64,000 nt of DNA from positions 91,016,001 to 91,080,000 of the forward strand of contig CM068743.1 of NCBI GenBank assembly GCA_035084275.1, read 5' to 3'. The notes under the pieces were generated by a model. That model made no database searches. It saw only the letters and a list, made by a program, of their open reading frames with translations, and was not told the DNA's origin. This document shows positions 1 through 11,751 of the stretch, in pieces (within the stretch, counting starts at the first letter, position 1; each line of letters opens with the position of its first letter). The translations under genes were made by a program, and so were the position numbers. The DNA is from Hydrolagus colliei (Eukaryota).

Positions 1-1649
1 GGTATATTTTGTGAAGCGCTATGACACATCTAGAAGACATGATAAGGTGCTGTATCAAATGGAAGGATTATTATTATTAGCAGTAGTATCATGTCATTAA
101 AACGTCTCAAACCGATTCACAGAATATAGTGTAAAGTGATATGACTATTTGTAATTTGTGGGTTAACACTGCAGCCAATTGGTGCATGGCATTGTCCTAT
201 AAATAGCCATGAGTGAATGGTCAGTTTAATTTGAGTTTCATCTTAAAAAGATTGCAAACATGAATTGGAGTGCTAGTTGGTAGTATAACAACTTAATCTG
301 TGATTTCATCCAGTACCCTGCTACTTGATGCTGTGATCCATGGATGTTAAATCTATCATATCCCTTGGAACAATTTAAGACCCAAACAATGTGACAACTG
401 ATCTCGCAGTCAATCAGTAAATTAAAGCATCAATAGGTGGACTTTTGTATGCTATATTAATTATCACCAGTGTCAGTTAATGATAACCCTTAATAATCCT
501 TGCATTTGATTTAGTGCCTTTCACGTCAGAGGACATCCTAAAGAGCTTCATTGTATTTCCTGTAAAGTTTAATGACTCCAGTTATGTGGGTGAAAGCAGC
601 AACAACAACAACAACACATTACACTTATAAAGCGCCTTTCACGTCGAGAGGACGTCGCCTTTCATTGGTGTGAGCAACCAAGTTCCATAAACAACAATGG
701 ACTGAATGAATCAATTTCATATTGGGGAATGGTGACCAGGAGATCAGGAGAAACTCCCTTCTTTATTCAAATTGTGCCATTAAGTATTTAATATGCACCT
801 GAATATGCAGATTTAATCCAAAATCTCCCCAAACACTGCAGTGGAAGAGTAAAGAGGGCAATATATGTTTTGGCTCAACAAAATTACATCTGCTATTAAT
901 AAAATTAATTCAGCAAAATAATAGCTCTAAAACAGTCTGTGGTGCACTAGACTCTAGTCTTCCAAAAATACACAATTATGCTTTTGGTCTCAGAGCAACT
1001 CAGTACTCTTCCATTATACGCATTAGTTGTTCCTGTGCTACAATAGTGCAACGTCTACCCATGTACTCTATTAATAGGTGAAGTGGGCTTCATTGGGTTT
1101 ATTATAATTTTCCTACACAGGCTAATGATTGAATACTAGAATGAACAGTAGTGTTACACAAAGCTCTGCTTATTTCCTTGACTAGCAGATTTAATCACAT
1201 GTTTAATACACTTGTCAATAATGCTTTCTGGATCATTGTATATCTTCATGCAGAGAAATCAAGTGTCCACCTTTATAATAAAACAAAATATCACAGCTAA
1301 ATATGACATCAAGCTGGTAATCAGAGCTTGACTGCCACACTGACACCATGGAGATTCTCTGTTGGTCAGCCTGCCCAAAAAAATTGCACAGAAAATGCTG
1401 AGAGCAATGGGTTCTAACTTTGCAGTAAATCCTATGAAGCTCTTTGAGATGTCCTGGTATGAAATGTGCTATATCAAATGCAAGGATTATTAATACAGTT
1501 CTGGTTACAAAAAGAAGTCTCCAATTTGCACAGTGAGCATTCGTGATTAAAGAATTACATCAAGTTCCGCAAATTAAATCTTTACAGTCTTCAGAAAAGA
1601 AGTCAGATGAAATAGTGATGGAAGTTCTGGCTCAAAGGTAAGTGGGACT

Positions 1650-3600
1650 CACAGAAGGAACCACGTTTAAAAAAGAAGTATGGAAAGCAATTGAATAGAA
1701 TGAAATGGTCAAAGAGAAATCTCTGCAAAAAACAAATCAGATATAAACAAGTGAAGTAGAACTGATGGCAAAATGAAGAAACACAACATGTTAAAACAGC
1801 CAGGAGTCTCCAGTCATTTTCCACAAAATCCCTGCATCCCTAGTACAAGAGAGCTTCAGATGGGAAGCAAGAAAACAATACAGCAGTCATGCTAATAAGA
1901 ACAACACCAACAACAAAATTACATTTGTATAATGCCTTTCACATAGGGAGGACATACCAAGGCACTGGACAACCAATGTTTCAGATGTTTCAATAAGTTG
2001 TCTTTAATCATATGTAACTGTTGTCCTCTATCAACAGGAATGTATTAACTGGATATTGAGCCTTCCATGTGGGCAATTCAAGAGACAACAACAACAACAG
2101 ACCCCCTTATCCTGATACGTGGAGATACATTTCAGCACTTGGGACATCCTCTTGAAGTGAAAGACACTTTCCATGGTAAATTTGTATTGTATTGAGATCA
2201 GATAGTCCACATTCCACAAATTGGGCATCCATCTGCCAATGTTACTCCTAAACTGTTTCTGTCATGCCCACAGTTGTAGCACAACCACAGCCGTTCAACA
2301 CTTGGTTTTCAACATTTGTTTCAGTAATTTCTAAGATTGATATTTTTCCCTTCTCCCACACCATACAAAATACCATACTCCATCGTAGCTGATGACTGCA
2401 TTTCTTTACTGTGGACAATATGGGCCATGACTGATTTTTGTTTGCCTGGACTGATTCACCTCTTTCTCCATTACTGAATACCTTTAATCCATCCTGGAAG
2501 ATCTCCTTCCAGATTGATCTAGTAATCACTTCATGCTAGTAGCTGACTTGTAATGTTAGGTGCAAACAAAAGTAATCTTTACTCAATATAGTGTTTGGAA
2601 CACAAGTTTAAAGTATCATCTGTCTGAAGAGCCATTGACAATATAACAGCTCTCATTCTGTATGATCCATATTTTTCATTGGATAGTAAAAGTACTGTCC
2701 CCGGTGACATGCATGTATAATAGAAAAAAAATTCTATCATATATATAAGCCAAGAAGGTCAATATATTTATTGACCAGTGGAAAATAATCTGTTGAATCA
2801 CCATGGAAGGTGACCCAGTAGGCTGGAGGTTTTGTAATATAATAGATATGTGTGTGTGATAAGAGATTAATCTGACACCTGGTATAATACAGGACTCAAC
2901 CTCACACTCCCCATATGCCTCTAAACCACTATGATGACCAGGTAGACCACTAGGCCACAGTACTCATATTCTCTCTTCATTTGTAAATGATTCGAATCGA
3001 AAGCTTGAGTCCCCACAGTATTGTCAGCACCACTGAAAATCCAGTCATTGTGCTATCAACATGATGTTTAGAGCACCATGGGGATTAAAGTTGTTATTGT
3101 GGTCTGGAGTTTCATAGTGTAGAGCTTTCCAGTGGTCAACTCAGACGATTTAACTGTTTTGAGTACAGTATTTGCTACAGTCATACAGTCTGTTCCACAT
3201 TAACAGTTGAGCTGTTCTGCTGAAAGAGCTGGATTATAATTTTGCTTCTAGAAACACTGACTGTCCACGCATTTTCACACAAAATTAGAAAATAGCTTTG
3301 AACTTGGAAAGAACACTGTGGTACAACTGGTTGCCCCAAAGTAATAATAATTCATAGGGTTTGGTCTTTTATACATCTCAGTCAATGCCTCAAGTAAATA
3401 GCTTTCTAACTCTTACTTGAATCTGCTGGTTCCATCTGCATCCATTGTCTCTCTGGCTTTTCCACTCGAAATTTTCATCCCCTTTGTTTAAAGTGACTAA
3501 ATCTGAACTGCCTCGTGTTTCTATTTACTTCAATTCAAGCCGTGTTCCATTGTTGTCCTGCTTGTCATAGTGTTCACCATATTTTAGGATTCATTTTATG
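1650..3600 (-). pseudogene. C-terminal part of a decayed Cys-rich coding fossil (possible viral/retroviral envelope glycoprotein)
   Basis: Hand translation gives long protein-like stretches broken by stops and frameshifts: PAYWVTFHGDSTDYFPLVNKYIDLLG, INLEGDLPGWIKGIQ, RLWLCYNCGHDRNSLGVTLADGCPICGMW. Removing the small insertion at ~2085-2165 joins LPWKV to SLELPTWKAQYPVNTFLLIEDNSYI in frame. A hydrophobic, Cys-rich stretch lies at ~1700-1820. Identity not established. Confidence 0.4.
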
Positions 3601-3615
3601 CTAAAATAAATTGAA

Positions 3616-3945
3616 TTACCTAATAAATTCTCCTCCAAACCCTCCTCTTCTCCATTGATTGGTGCGATCGAGGTACATTTCACTACTACATTTGTTCACT
3701 TTATTGATAAAAACTGAACATGAGCAATTTACATATTTTAGTTTGTTGCGCACACTCAGACATAGAGAGACACATACGCAGACGAAGAGACATACATTCA
3801 CACAGAGACACTCATAAACACACACGAATATAGAAGAGATATAGACACCCATTGCACATGTGTGTCCGGAACTGCTCCCCCCATAGTGATGTCAGATAAA
3901 CAGTGCAAGTGGCCCCCGGGCCAGAAATTACATTTATGATAAATT
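3616..3945. repeat. Unclassified interspersed element with CA/GA low-complexity core (related to 38690-39460)
   Basis: Shares TTGATTGGTGC, a CACA/GAGA core and a following AAACAG...AAA.TACATTTAT...TTTG block with 38690-39460. Confidence 0.35.
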
Positions 3946-3949
3946 TGTA

Positions 3950-4265
3950 GTGGTTAGGAGTCTCCTGCTTCATGTTCCCTGCCTCGTCTGCTCCGCCAAT
4001 GTTGGGAGGACTTCAGCCACTTTGCCTCCACCCTCTGAAACTCCAACTCACTGTCCCTCCACCTCACCCCATCCCTTGCCTGCTTCAAGACCCACCTCAA
4101 GGTGTTCCTTTTCAAACCAAGCTTTTGGTCAACCTTCTTAACCCCCTGCCCTCCACCCTCTCCAACCCTTAACTCCAGTGAGGGTCCAAATTACTGTCTG
4201 TCCAGAGCCTTGGGATGTCCTCACAACGTGAAAGACACTAAACAATGTAATTTTGTTGTTATTGT
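3950..4265 (+). mobile_element. L2 LINE 3' fragment
   Basis: Decayed L2 C-terminal region, then the GCCTTGGGATGTCCTCACAACGTGAAAG...GTAATTTTGTTGTT tail shared with other L2 copies. Confidence 0.75.
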
Positions 4266-4575
4266 AACGGATAATGCACCCGAGGGCCATTGTAGAGGTA
4301 AATGCGGAAAATGTGGCCGCACTTTTCTATTGGCTCAAAGTATCATCAAAATGACTTAAATGACTTAGTGATTGTCTGTGCCATAGGCAAGCCATTAACT
4401 TATACACAACAATATCCCACAACAGCCAGGAGTCAAATTATTAATTTTATCCATAGGATTTTTGGCCAGGACAATGAGAGAGATGCCATTCTCTTTCGTG
4501 AATAGTGTCATGGTATCTTTGACATTTCCCTAGACAGGCTAACAGACAGAATCCTGATTTATCCAAAAGATGGTA

Positions 4576-5401
4576 CAGTTAACTCTTGCCGAATGCGACT
4601 TTCTCGATTGCAAATTCAACTGTACGCGCAAATGTTGTGTGTACACACCTGCGTATCCTGCACGCATGCGGACTTGGGAGGACGCCGGCTCCGTACGATG
4701 CACACTTGGGAAGTCAAGCTTGGAGATGGACCCCATAATGGAAAGTAGTCTGAAATTTAAAACCGGTCTGGATGACCTCTTAGGACCTTACAGGGAGCTC
4801 ATGAAAGACTTTTGGTGGAAGGCAAGACAATGGAAAATCACTTCTTTCTTTCAATCTGCCAGTGTTTCTCAGCAGTCATCCACTGAAAACTTACCTGCTG
4901 CTACATCTTCTCGGCCATCCACTTCTGCCTCTCCCCAAGCATCCACTTCGATGGAGTTTGAGGCCGATTATGAGAGCAGGGAGAGTGACGAGTGGGGAGA
5001 GTGGGGAGAACAACGTAAGCAGGGAGAGCGGAGAGAGTGACGAGAACAGGGAGAGTGGGGAGAGCAACGAAAGCAGGGAGAGCGGGGAGAGTGGGGATAG
5101 CAGGGAGAGCAGGAAGAGCAGGGAGAGTGGAGAGAGCGACGAGAGCAGGGAGAGCGTGGAGAGCGACAAAAGCAGGGAGAGCAGGGAGAGCGGGGAGGAG
5201 CGGGCCAGCCGGCTGTAGCCCGCCTCAGTACGTACCTTGCATTGGTTGGGTGTGAATGTGCCTGAAGGCTTGAGGTGGGTAGCCCGTCGCTGGATTCCCC
5301 TAACCCCCCTTTTCCCATTACTTGTTAAGCTTCCGAACCCGATTTTACTGAGTGCGCAATTTTCCAGGAATGTAACCCCCGTGTTTGGCGAGGGTTAACT
5401 G
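4576..5401 (+). mobile_element. TcMar-Tigger/pogo-like internally deleted DNA transposon
   Basis: Terminal inverted repeats CAGTTAACTCTTGCC / GGCGAGGGTTAACTG, TA duplications at 4574-75 and 5402-03. ORF 4570-5040 carries a Tigger transposase C-terminal motif (DPIMESSLKFK...PYREL...QWKITSFF). Confidence 0.88.
4973..5197. repeat. 9-bp-period minisatellite (GAGAGCAGG-like) inside the Tigger element
   Basis: Degenerate GAGAG(C/T)(A/G)(G/A)(G/C) units; source of the RES/GES, GRA and LSLL low-complexity ORFs. Confidence 0.9.
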
Positions 5402-5403
5402 TA

Positions 5404-6667
5404 CACTGATCTCTGGCAACTTTGTTGCATCACGCAATAGCTTTGTAAAAGCATGCACTGTGTTGTTTGCCCTGAATATTTAGTTTGGGGATACAAATGG
5501 TATTCTCTGAAACTGAACTTGAACAGGAATTTAGTCTTCCAGTTATGAGTTTCATTCCAATATGCTGCCAGTGTCAACCTAATATTAACACTGAATCTTC
5601 CTAGAGATAACTTGACTCTAGTAAATGTCATGCAGTTACAGCTCTCCACATTCCCTTGGGACACAATACAATCAGTGGCTTGATCCAGTCACTTCTTATA
5701 TCTAATTTCTTGTGTGAATCTTCATTTTTACTTGAAAATTATTCCACCAACCCAAACTGATTTTTCTCCACATTGGATCTCTCATTTTGCTCTGCGTTCT
5801 TTTGTTGGTGCGGCACTGCTGTCTGCTATGCATAGCCACACAGTTCAATTTTAAGATTCAAGATCCATGCATTCAACTGCAATGTGTACCCAGTTGATTT
5901 TCATCAATTGTGACATTGTTCTTCGTGCAGGTGACACTGTCCTCTATCATATGGTTACTTCTCATCTGAAACACACAACACTATTGAATCATTGAAGGCT
6001 GAAATGGACAATGAGACAGACAGCATGTTATCTTAAGCACTAAGAAGATCAAATCAATATCTCTGTTGGAAAAGATAGACATTGGTGCTGCTCGCCTACA
6101 TTGTTGGTCTGTAAGGATTGCAAACTTTCATGCGTTGGAATTGTTCAGCTGCTCAGTTTGGTAATCGCATCAGAATTTCACTGGGACTCAAATCAGTTAT
6201 CCCCAGGGTAAACAAGGGGGGGTTATACACAGCTGAAACAGGTACTTGGAGAGTGGGAATATCAAAGAAAATCCAATCTTGTCTGTCAGTGTTCACAATT
6301 TCAATGTTTGGCAAATACTATGTGCTTATAGTGATGGAATATTGAAGCTCTGATTGGCAGGTTGCAGAGAAACCTCACCTCCACTCCAAAGGTAAGGAAA
6401 GCAATAGCTTTGATGTGAATGACAGCTGGATTCCAGAGTCCAAGATCTGAGATTTGAGAGGCATATGACCACACGGTTTCAGGCTGTGCAACTCAGCCCG
6501 AATCCCATATTTGTTCCTAGAATACCAGAGCTGCTAGAACTCATTCATTCCTTTCCATCCGCAACAGGATAACAGTGACAAAGCTTTACACACCACCTCT
6601 ATGATACTCTCTTTAGACACTGATGCTATCTCAAACTCTGTCCCACTAAAATGAAGTTTAAATGAAT
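5404..6667 (-). pseudogene. Coding fossil, repeat unit A
   Basis: One largely continuous minus frame with scattered stops: YLPNIEIVNTDRQDWIFFDIPTLQVPVSAVYNPPLFTLGITDLS...LNLKIELCGYA...KLDIRSDWIKPL...ICIPKLNIQ. Homologous at nucleotide level to 9240-9680. Confidence 0.55.
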
Positions 6668-6904
6668 TAATAATCCTTGCATTTGATATAGTGCATTCTA
6701 AGTCTTCTAGACGTCTCAAAGTACTTTACAAAATATGTTGTAAATTGAATTGGCTGTATATTTGTGGATGAAACGCGACAGACAATTGCAGCTTTATCAG
6801 GCACGTGGAGTTAGGAAATATGCCCAAGGTTTCACCCTGCCGGGAATCATACCCAAGTCTCTTGCTTGCAAAATGAGTGCTCTAACCATTGAGCTACAGG
6901 ATTC
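6668..6904 (-). mobile_element. tRNA-derived SINE (internally deleted)
   Basis: Reverse complement of the tRNA-like head (CCTGTAGCTCAATGGTTAGAGCACT...TTGCAAGC) and of the TATATCAAATGCAAGGATTATTA tail. Confidence 0.85.
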
Positions 6905-7055
6905 TAACTGTTGCTGCTTGTTAATCAAGAAGCTGAATTATGGTCAGGGATATGTGTGTTCAGACTTTCTGTGTTTCAGCAATGAACAGGATCAAATTTG
7001 TGAGGTACAAGGTTTCTAACAAAGTAATCATAATCTTGTTGTTAAGAGTCCAAAT

Positions 7056-7330
7056 GGAGTCCTGTAGCTTAGTGATTAGATTACTCACATGGCAAGCGAG
7101 AGGACCTGATTTTGATTCCCGGGCAGGGTGAAATGTTAGGCAAGTTTCCTTACACCACATGCCTCTATTTACCTAGCAATAAGTAGGTACCTGTTGTTAG
7201 TTGATTGCTGGATCACTTTTTCAGTGGCAATAATCCCTTAAAAAGATAATAATTTGGTCACTCAATGCCTGACTGTTTGTGGGACACTGCTGAGTGCAAT
7301 TGGCTGCTACATTTCACCCACAAAGTATAC
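7056..7330 (+). mobile_element. tRNA-derived SINE (3'-truncated)
   Basis: Head GGAGTCCTGTAGCTTAGTGATTAGA...GATTCCCGGGCAGGG and body GACTGTTTGTGGGACACTGCTG. Confidence 0.8.
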
Positions 7331-7579
7331 ACTTGTACAGCACCCTTCATGTCAGAAAGATGTCCCAGAATACTTGACAATTAAGGGTTTTGGAGCCGAG
7401 CTGGGAGTTGGGTCAGAAAGGGAAGAAGAAAATGGATCGGAAAGGGGTGAGGTGGAGGTTGGCCGAAGAAAAAGATTGTCAGATGGGACTTGAAGGATGC
7501 AAGAGAGGGGCAGGGTGAGGCGGAGGGATTGTGAGATAGAGTTTGAGAGTGTGGAGACAGAAATGTTGAATGCCCGATT

Positions 7580-8080
7580 GCCATGAGAAGTAACTCCTCC
7601 CTCCATAGGTTGCAGATCATCCAAATGTCTGCAACCTGTGTTCTCTCCAGCACAGGACTCTAAGACCCTATCACCCCTATCCTCGCCCGACTCAACAACA
7701 AAATTACATTTATATAGAGCCTTTCACCTCGGGAGGACGTCCCACTGGCTTCTCGTCACACAGAGGGTGATGTTCAAGATACTGGTACTCGCCTTTAAAG
7801 TCTTCGATGGCCTCGATCCCCACCTCTTTGACCTCCTAATCCCTTAGCAACCTGCCCGCTCACTCTGCTCAGTGGGCTCTGGCCCGCTTCATGTCCTCCA
7901 TTGGTGTGGGACCTTCAGCCACTTTGACCCAACCTCTGGAACTCCATCCCTACATCCCTCCACCTCATCACATCCTTTGCTTCCTTCAAGACCAAGCTCA
8001 AAGCCCTACTCTTGGACTGTGCTTTCGGTCACCCCCTTCCCCTTCTGCTCTCCACCCACCCCAATCCCAATGCCCAGTTC
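7580..8080 (+). mobile_element. L2 LINE fragment containing an inverted L2-tail insertion (~7693-7745)
   Basis: HWL...RVMFKILVLAFK motif of the L2 ORF2 C-terminus. Confidence 0.7.
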
Positions 8081-8084
8081 AAAT

Positions 8085-9000
8085 TAACAACACCAACAGC
8101 AATTTGGATTTATATAGTGCCCTGCATGCCAGACAGCGTTTCAGAGCACTTCACAATAGCAGATCCCGGGGCCGAGCCAGGATAGGGGGAAAAAGGTGAC
8201 CAAAAGCGTGGTCGAAAATAAAAGTTTTTAGGCGCAACCTGAAAACACGAAAGGAGGGGACGAGGTGAAGGGAGTGAGGAAGGGAGTTCGAGAGCCTTGG
8301 GACGTAGTGGCTGAAGGCACGGTTACCGACAGTGAAACAGAGGATTCGGGGGATAAAGAGGAGGCTAGACCAGGTAGAGTGAAGTCAATGGGTACTGTTG
8401 CGAGGAGAGAGGAGGTCAGAGAGGTAGAGGGGTGCAGAGAAGTAGAGGCATTTGAATACATGAGTGAGGATCTTGAAATCGATCCACTCCAAGCTAGGAA
8501 GCCAGCGGAGTCTGGCAAGGACTGGGGTAATCAGGGAGCAAAGTTTGGTTTGGGTGAGAATGTGAGTGGCGGAATCTTGAATAACCTGGATTTTATGAAT
8601 GGTGGTGGAGGGGAGACTGGCAAGGAGGGCATTGGAATAGTCCAGCCGAGAGATGACAAAGGCATTGACCAAAGTTTCGGCAGCTTTTGGGGTGAGATAT
8701 TGGTGGAGACGGGCGATGCGTCGGAGATGGAAGAAAGCGGTGATGGTGAGGGACGGAATGTGGGGGAGGAAGGATAATTGGGGGTCGAACCTGATGCCTA
8801 AATTACATATGGGTTCAGAGAGTTTTAGGGGCAGGTTGGGTAAGTGAAGGAGGTGAGAGCCAGGGGATTGAAGACGACAACGAGAGCCAAAGAGTATGGC
8901 TTCCGTCTTGTGAACATTTAGCTGAAAGAAATATGCACTCATCCAGCTCTTAATATCTGACAGACAGGCTGACAAAATATCAGGACTGGGGGTCACAAAT
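8085..9000 (-). mobile_element. L2 LINE, 5'-truncated, ORF2 C-terminus
   Basis: ORF 8385-8996 has CLSDIKSWM..FFQLN..KTEAI, AFVISRLDYSNALL and LRWLP..WIDFKIL. The 3' tail is at ~8085-8155. Confidence 0.92.
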
Positions 9001-9114
9001 TGAGTTGTAAATATAGAGTAGGACAGTCAGAGTACAGTTTCACTGACTGTCCAGCAGCTTGGGACGTCTTCTGACGTGAAAGGCGCTATACAAATGTAAT
9101 TTTGTTGTTGTTTC

Positions 9115-10765
9115 AACAATTTGATAAGGCATGTAAGGAATATACATCATTTCTAGCTGCATTCCGATGTTCCACTATAAATGGGGTGATGTAATTGCAA
9201 TACAATTCCTGCCTCTGGCCTGATGTTGCTGATGTAGCTATGTAAATTTGTATCAAAAAGCATGTACTGTGTTTGCTTTGAATGTTTAATTTTGGAATAC
9301 AAATACTATCTGCTGAAGTTAAACATGATCAGGAACTACCTCCTTCAGATATAAGTTTTGTCCCAATATGCAGCCAGTGTCAAAGTTGTGTAAACACTGC
9401 ATTCTACATGTGCTAACTTGTCTCTTGTGAAAGCAATGCAGTTACAACTGCCCATATTCGTTCAGGACGGAATACAAACAGTGATTTGATCCAGTCATGT
9501 ATTATATCCAATTTCTATTGTATCATTCTATATCCAAATTCTCATTTCCACAGGAAGATTGCTCCTCCAAACCTTTTTTTTTCCTCCACATTGGATCTTT
9601 ATATTGGCTGTGTCCTTGTGTTGCTACTGCACTGCTGACCACTATGCATAACCACACAGTTCAAAATTTAGACCCTTGAAAGTGATACCACCGCAATGAC
9701 ATTCTGTTGCCAACCAAGTCACCTTAGAACCAGTTCAGCTCCAAGGAGACCCCTCTTACCTCCCCTGAAGTCTCTATTGGATCATTTGACATCCAACAAG
9801 TACAGTTTTGAGTGCTCACTAGGTGGATGGCAGGTACCAGGTACTCTGTGTAACCTTCCCGGGGAACAACACAACAACAACAATTAGTACAGTATTTATA
9901 TAGTATCCAGTAATTGCTCGACCGAGCCAAGGGGAGGTGACATTTGAGTAAATGTACAGTGAGAATATGCCTTTGCCAGTGCCTATGGCGGCATCCTGGC
10001 CCTGTGCCTCTCACAATGCCTTGTGCAAGGGTCAGGGCAAGGTAAATTGAGCTCTTGGTCCTATGAAAGGCATACTTGGTTGGACTAACTCTGATGGAAT
10101 GGCTCACACAATCCAATGTTACACTGGTGCTGATGATTCATTGCATTCAACCTTGAGAATACAAATGATTCTGAACATGTGATAGTCACATCTGTGACGC
10201 CATTCTGAAAATGAATCAATTTTTCAGCTTTATACAATTTCCCCAGATGCACAATGGTGTTCTATAAAATGATTGAACACTCAGCTTGCTATTAGTCATC
10301 AATGTCAGGTGGTTTAATTCATTCCACACATTGTTGGGCGACACTAAGTTCCTAAGTACCAAGTTCATACAAGGATGATCTTAAGCCTTTAATGAAAATA
10401 AATGAGCGAACTGGACCAGTGGTGTTAATTATTGGAATCAACCAGTTAAAATCCTGAGGGTTAACAGTTGGTTGCAAAAGTTTGTATCCAGATGAACTAT
10501 TGTGTCACTTCCTCTTTTTGGTGGACAGAATGTCATGTCATCCAGGGAGCCACTCAAAGCAATGCCGTTATCCTCCACTGACAGGAGATAAAACAATAAA
10601 CCTGTTTTTTAAATGCTAACAATTTATGATTTGACTCAAGCTCCAGCTCTTTGGGAGTTGAATCATGCTTGCACCCATTGTGGAGCTGAGCATTTATTCC
10701 TTGGGAGGGGAAAAATTTAAACAAACTATTATTAACTTGGCATTTGAAGTAGAAAGTATACATTT
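9115..10765 (-). pseudogene. Coding fossil, repeat unit B (tentative foamy-like Env resemblance)
   Basis: Long Cys-rich minus-strand frames: QDFNWLIPIINTTGPVRSFIFIKGLRSSLYELG, IVHLGKLYKAEKLIH, VPAIHLVSTQNCTCW, FKGLNFELCGYA, KLDIIHDWIKSL, ICIPKLNIQ. Paralogous to 5404-6667. Confidence 0.55.
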
Positions 10766-11442
10766 TTTGATGTTTTGATTTTTTTTATGCTGCTCCCTAA
10801 AATAAACATTCTTTGTCTATGGCTTTTTGATGAGAACTCAGTGTGACCCACATAATATAATAATACAAATGATAATAACAATCCTTTCTATTTGACATAG
10901 TGCCCCTTATCACCTCAGCAAGTGCTTCAAAGAATATACCGTAAAGTTAATTGACTGGATATTTTATGGGTGAATTAACCTCCAGTTGTTGTGCACAGGA
11001 TTGAAAGTAATTACAATACCCCCTCCATTGAATTGTCATTCTCATTCTCTGCATGCCTATATGAAGAATGGTTACTTTGGGAAGTATTTCAGAGTTCCTG
11101 GTAACTGGAGCACATACCCCAAATGAGTCAGTGCCTTCAGAAGAACAAGAGAGAGAATTGAGAGAGATTATTGACAATACAGACCCCAAATCATGGTTGG
11201 TCAATGAACAATCAGATGTAAGGTTGCAGAGTTACCAGGAATCATTAGATTGACAAGAACTGGGATTGACAGATTGCTGGGAGTCCCAAAATTGCTGGCA
11301 ATCCCTAAATTGAGAGGAATCAAATCCTTACACACATCAGATTTTTTTCTGATCAGATGTTATTTAATAAACAAACTAATTTTATCCCAGAGCTCTTGCA
11401 TGCAAGCAAAATGTGCATAATGATTAGGTAGGTTTAACCAAG

Positions 11443-11751
11443 ATAATAATAATGATCCTTGTATTTCCTATAGCGCTTTTCATGTCTTCTAAATGTCTCA
11501 AAGGGCTTCCCAGAATATACTGTACTATAAAGTTAATTGACTGTATATTTGTGGGCAAAGCATGGCAGCCAATTGCCCACAGCAGAGTCCCACAAACAGT
11601 TGTGGATTAAAATAACAATTTTTTTTTAACGGAGGGATTATTATCAGGCATGTGGAGTAAGGAAATTTGCCCATGGTTTTGCCCTGCCTGGAATCGAACC
11701 CAATCTCTTAGTTACCAGGTGAGTGCTCTAATCACTCAACCACAGGACTCC
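11443..11751 (-). mobile_element. tRNA-derived SINE, full length
   Basis: Head, body and TTA-repeat tail all match the family seen at 25648-25957. Confidence 0.9.

Noticed and set aside
4862-5318. Four overlapping ORFs (RES/GRA/LSLL/SPCS repeats)
   Set aside because: Translations of the 9-bp minisatellite inside a transposon
8265-8777. 170-aa plus-strand ORF
   Set aside because: Antisense shadow of the L2 ORF2
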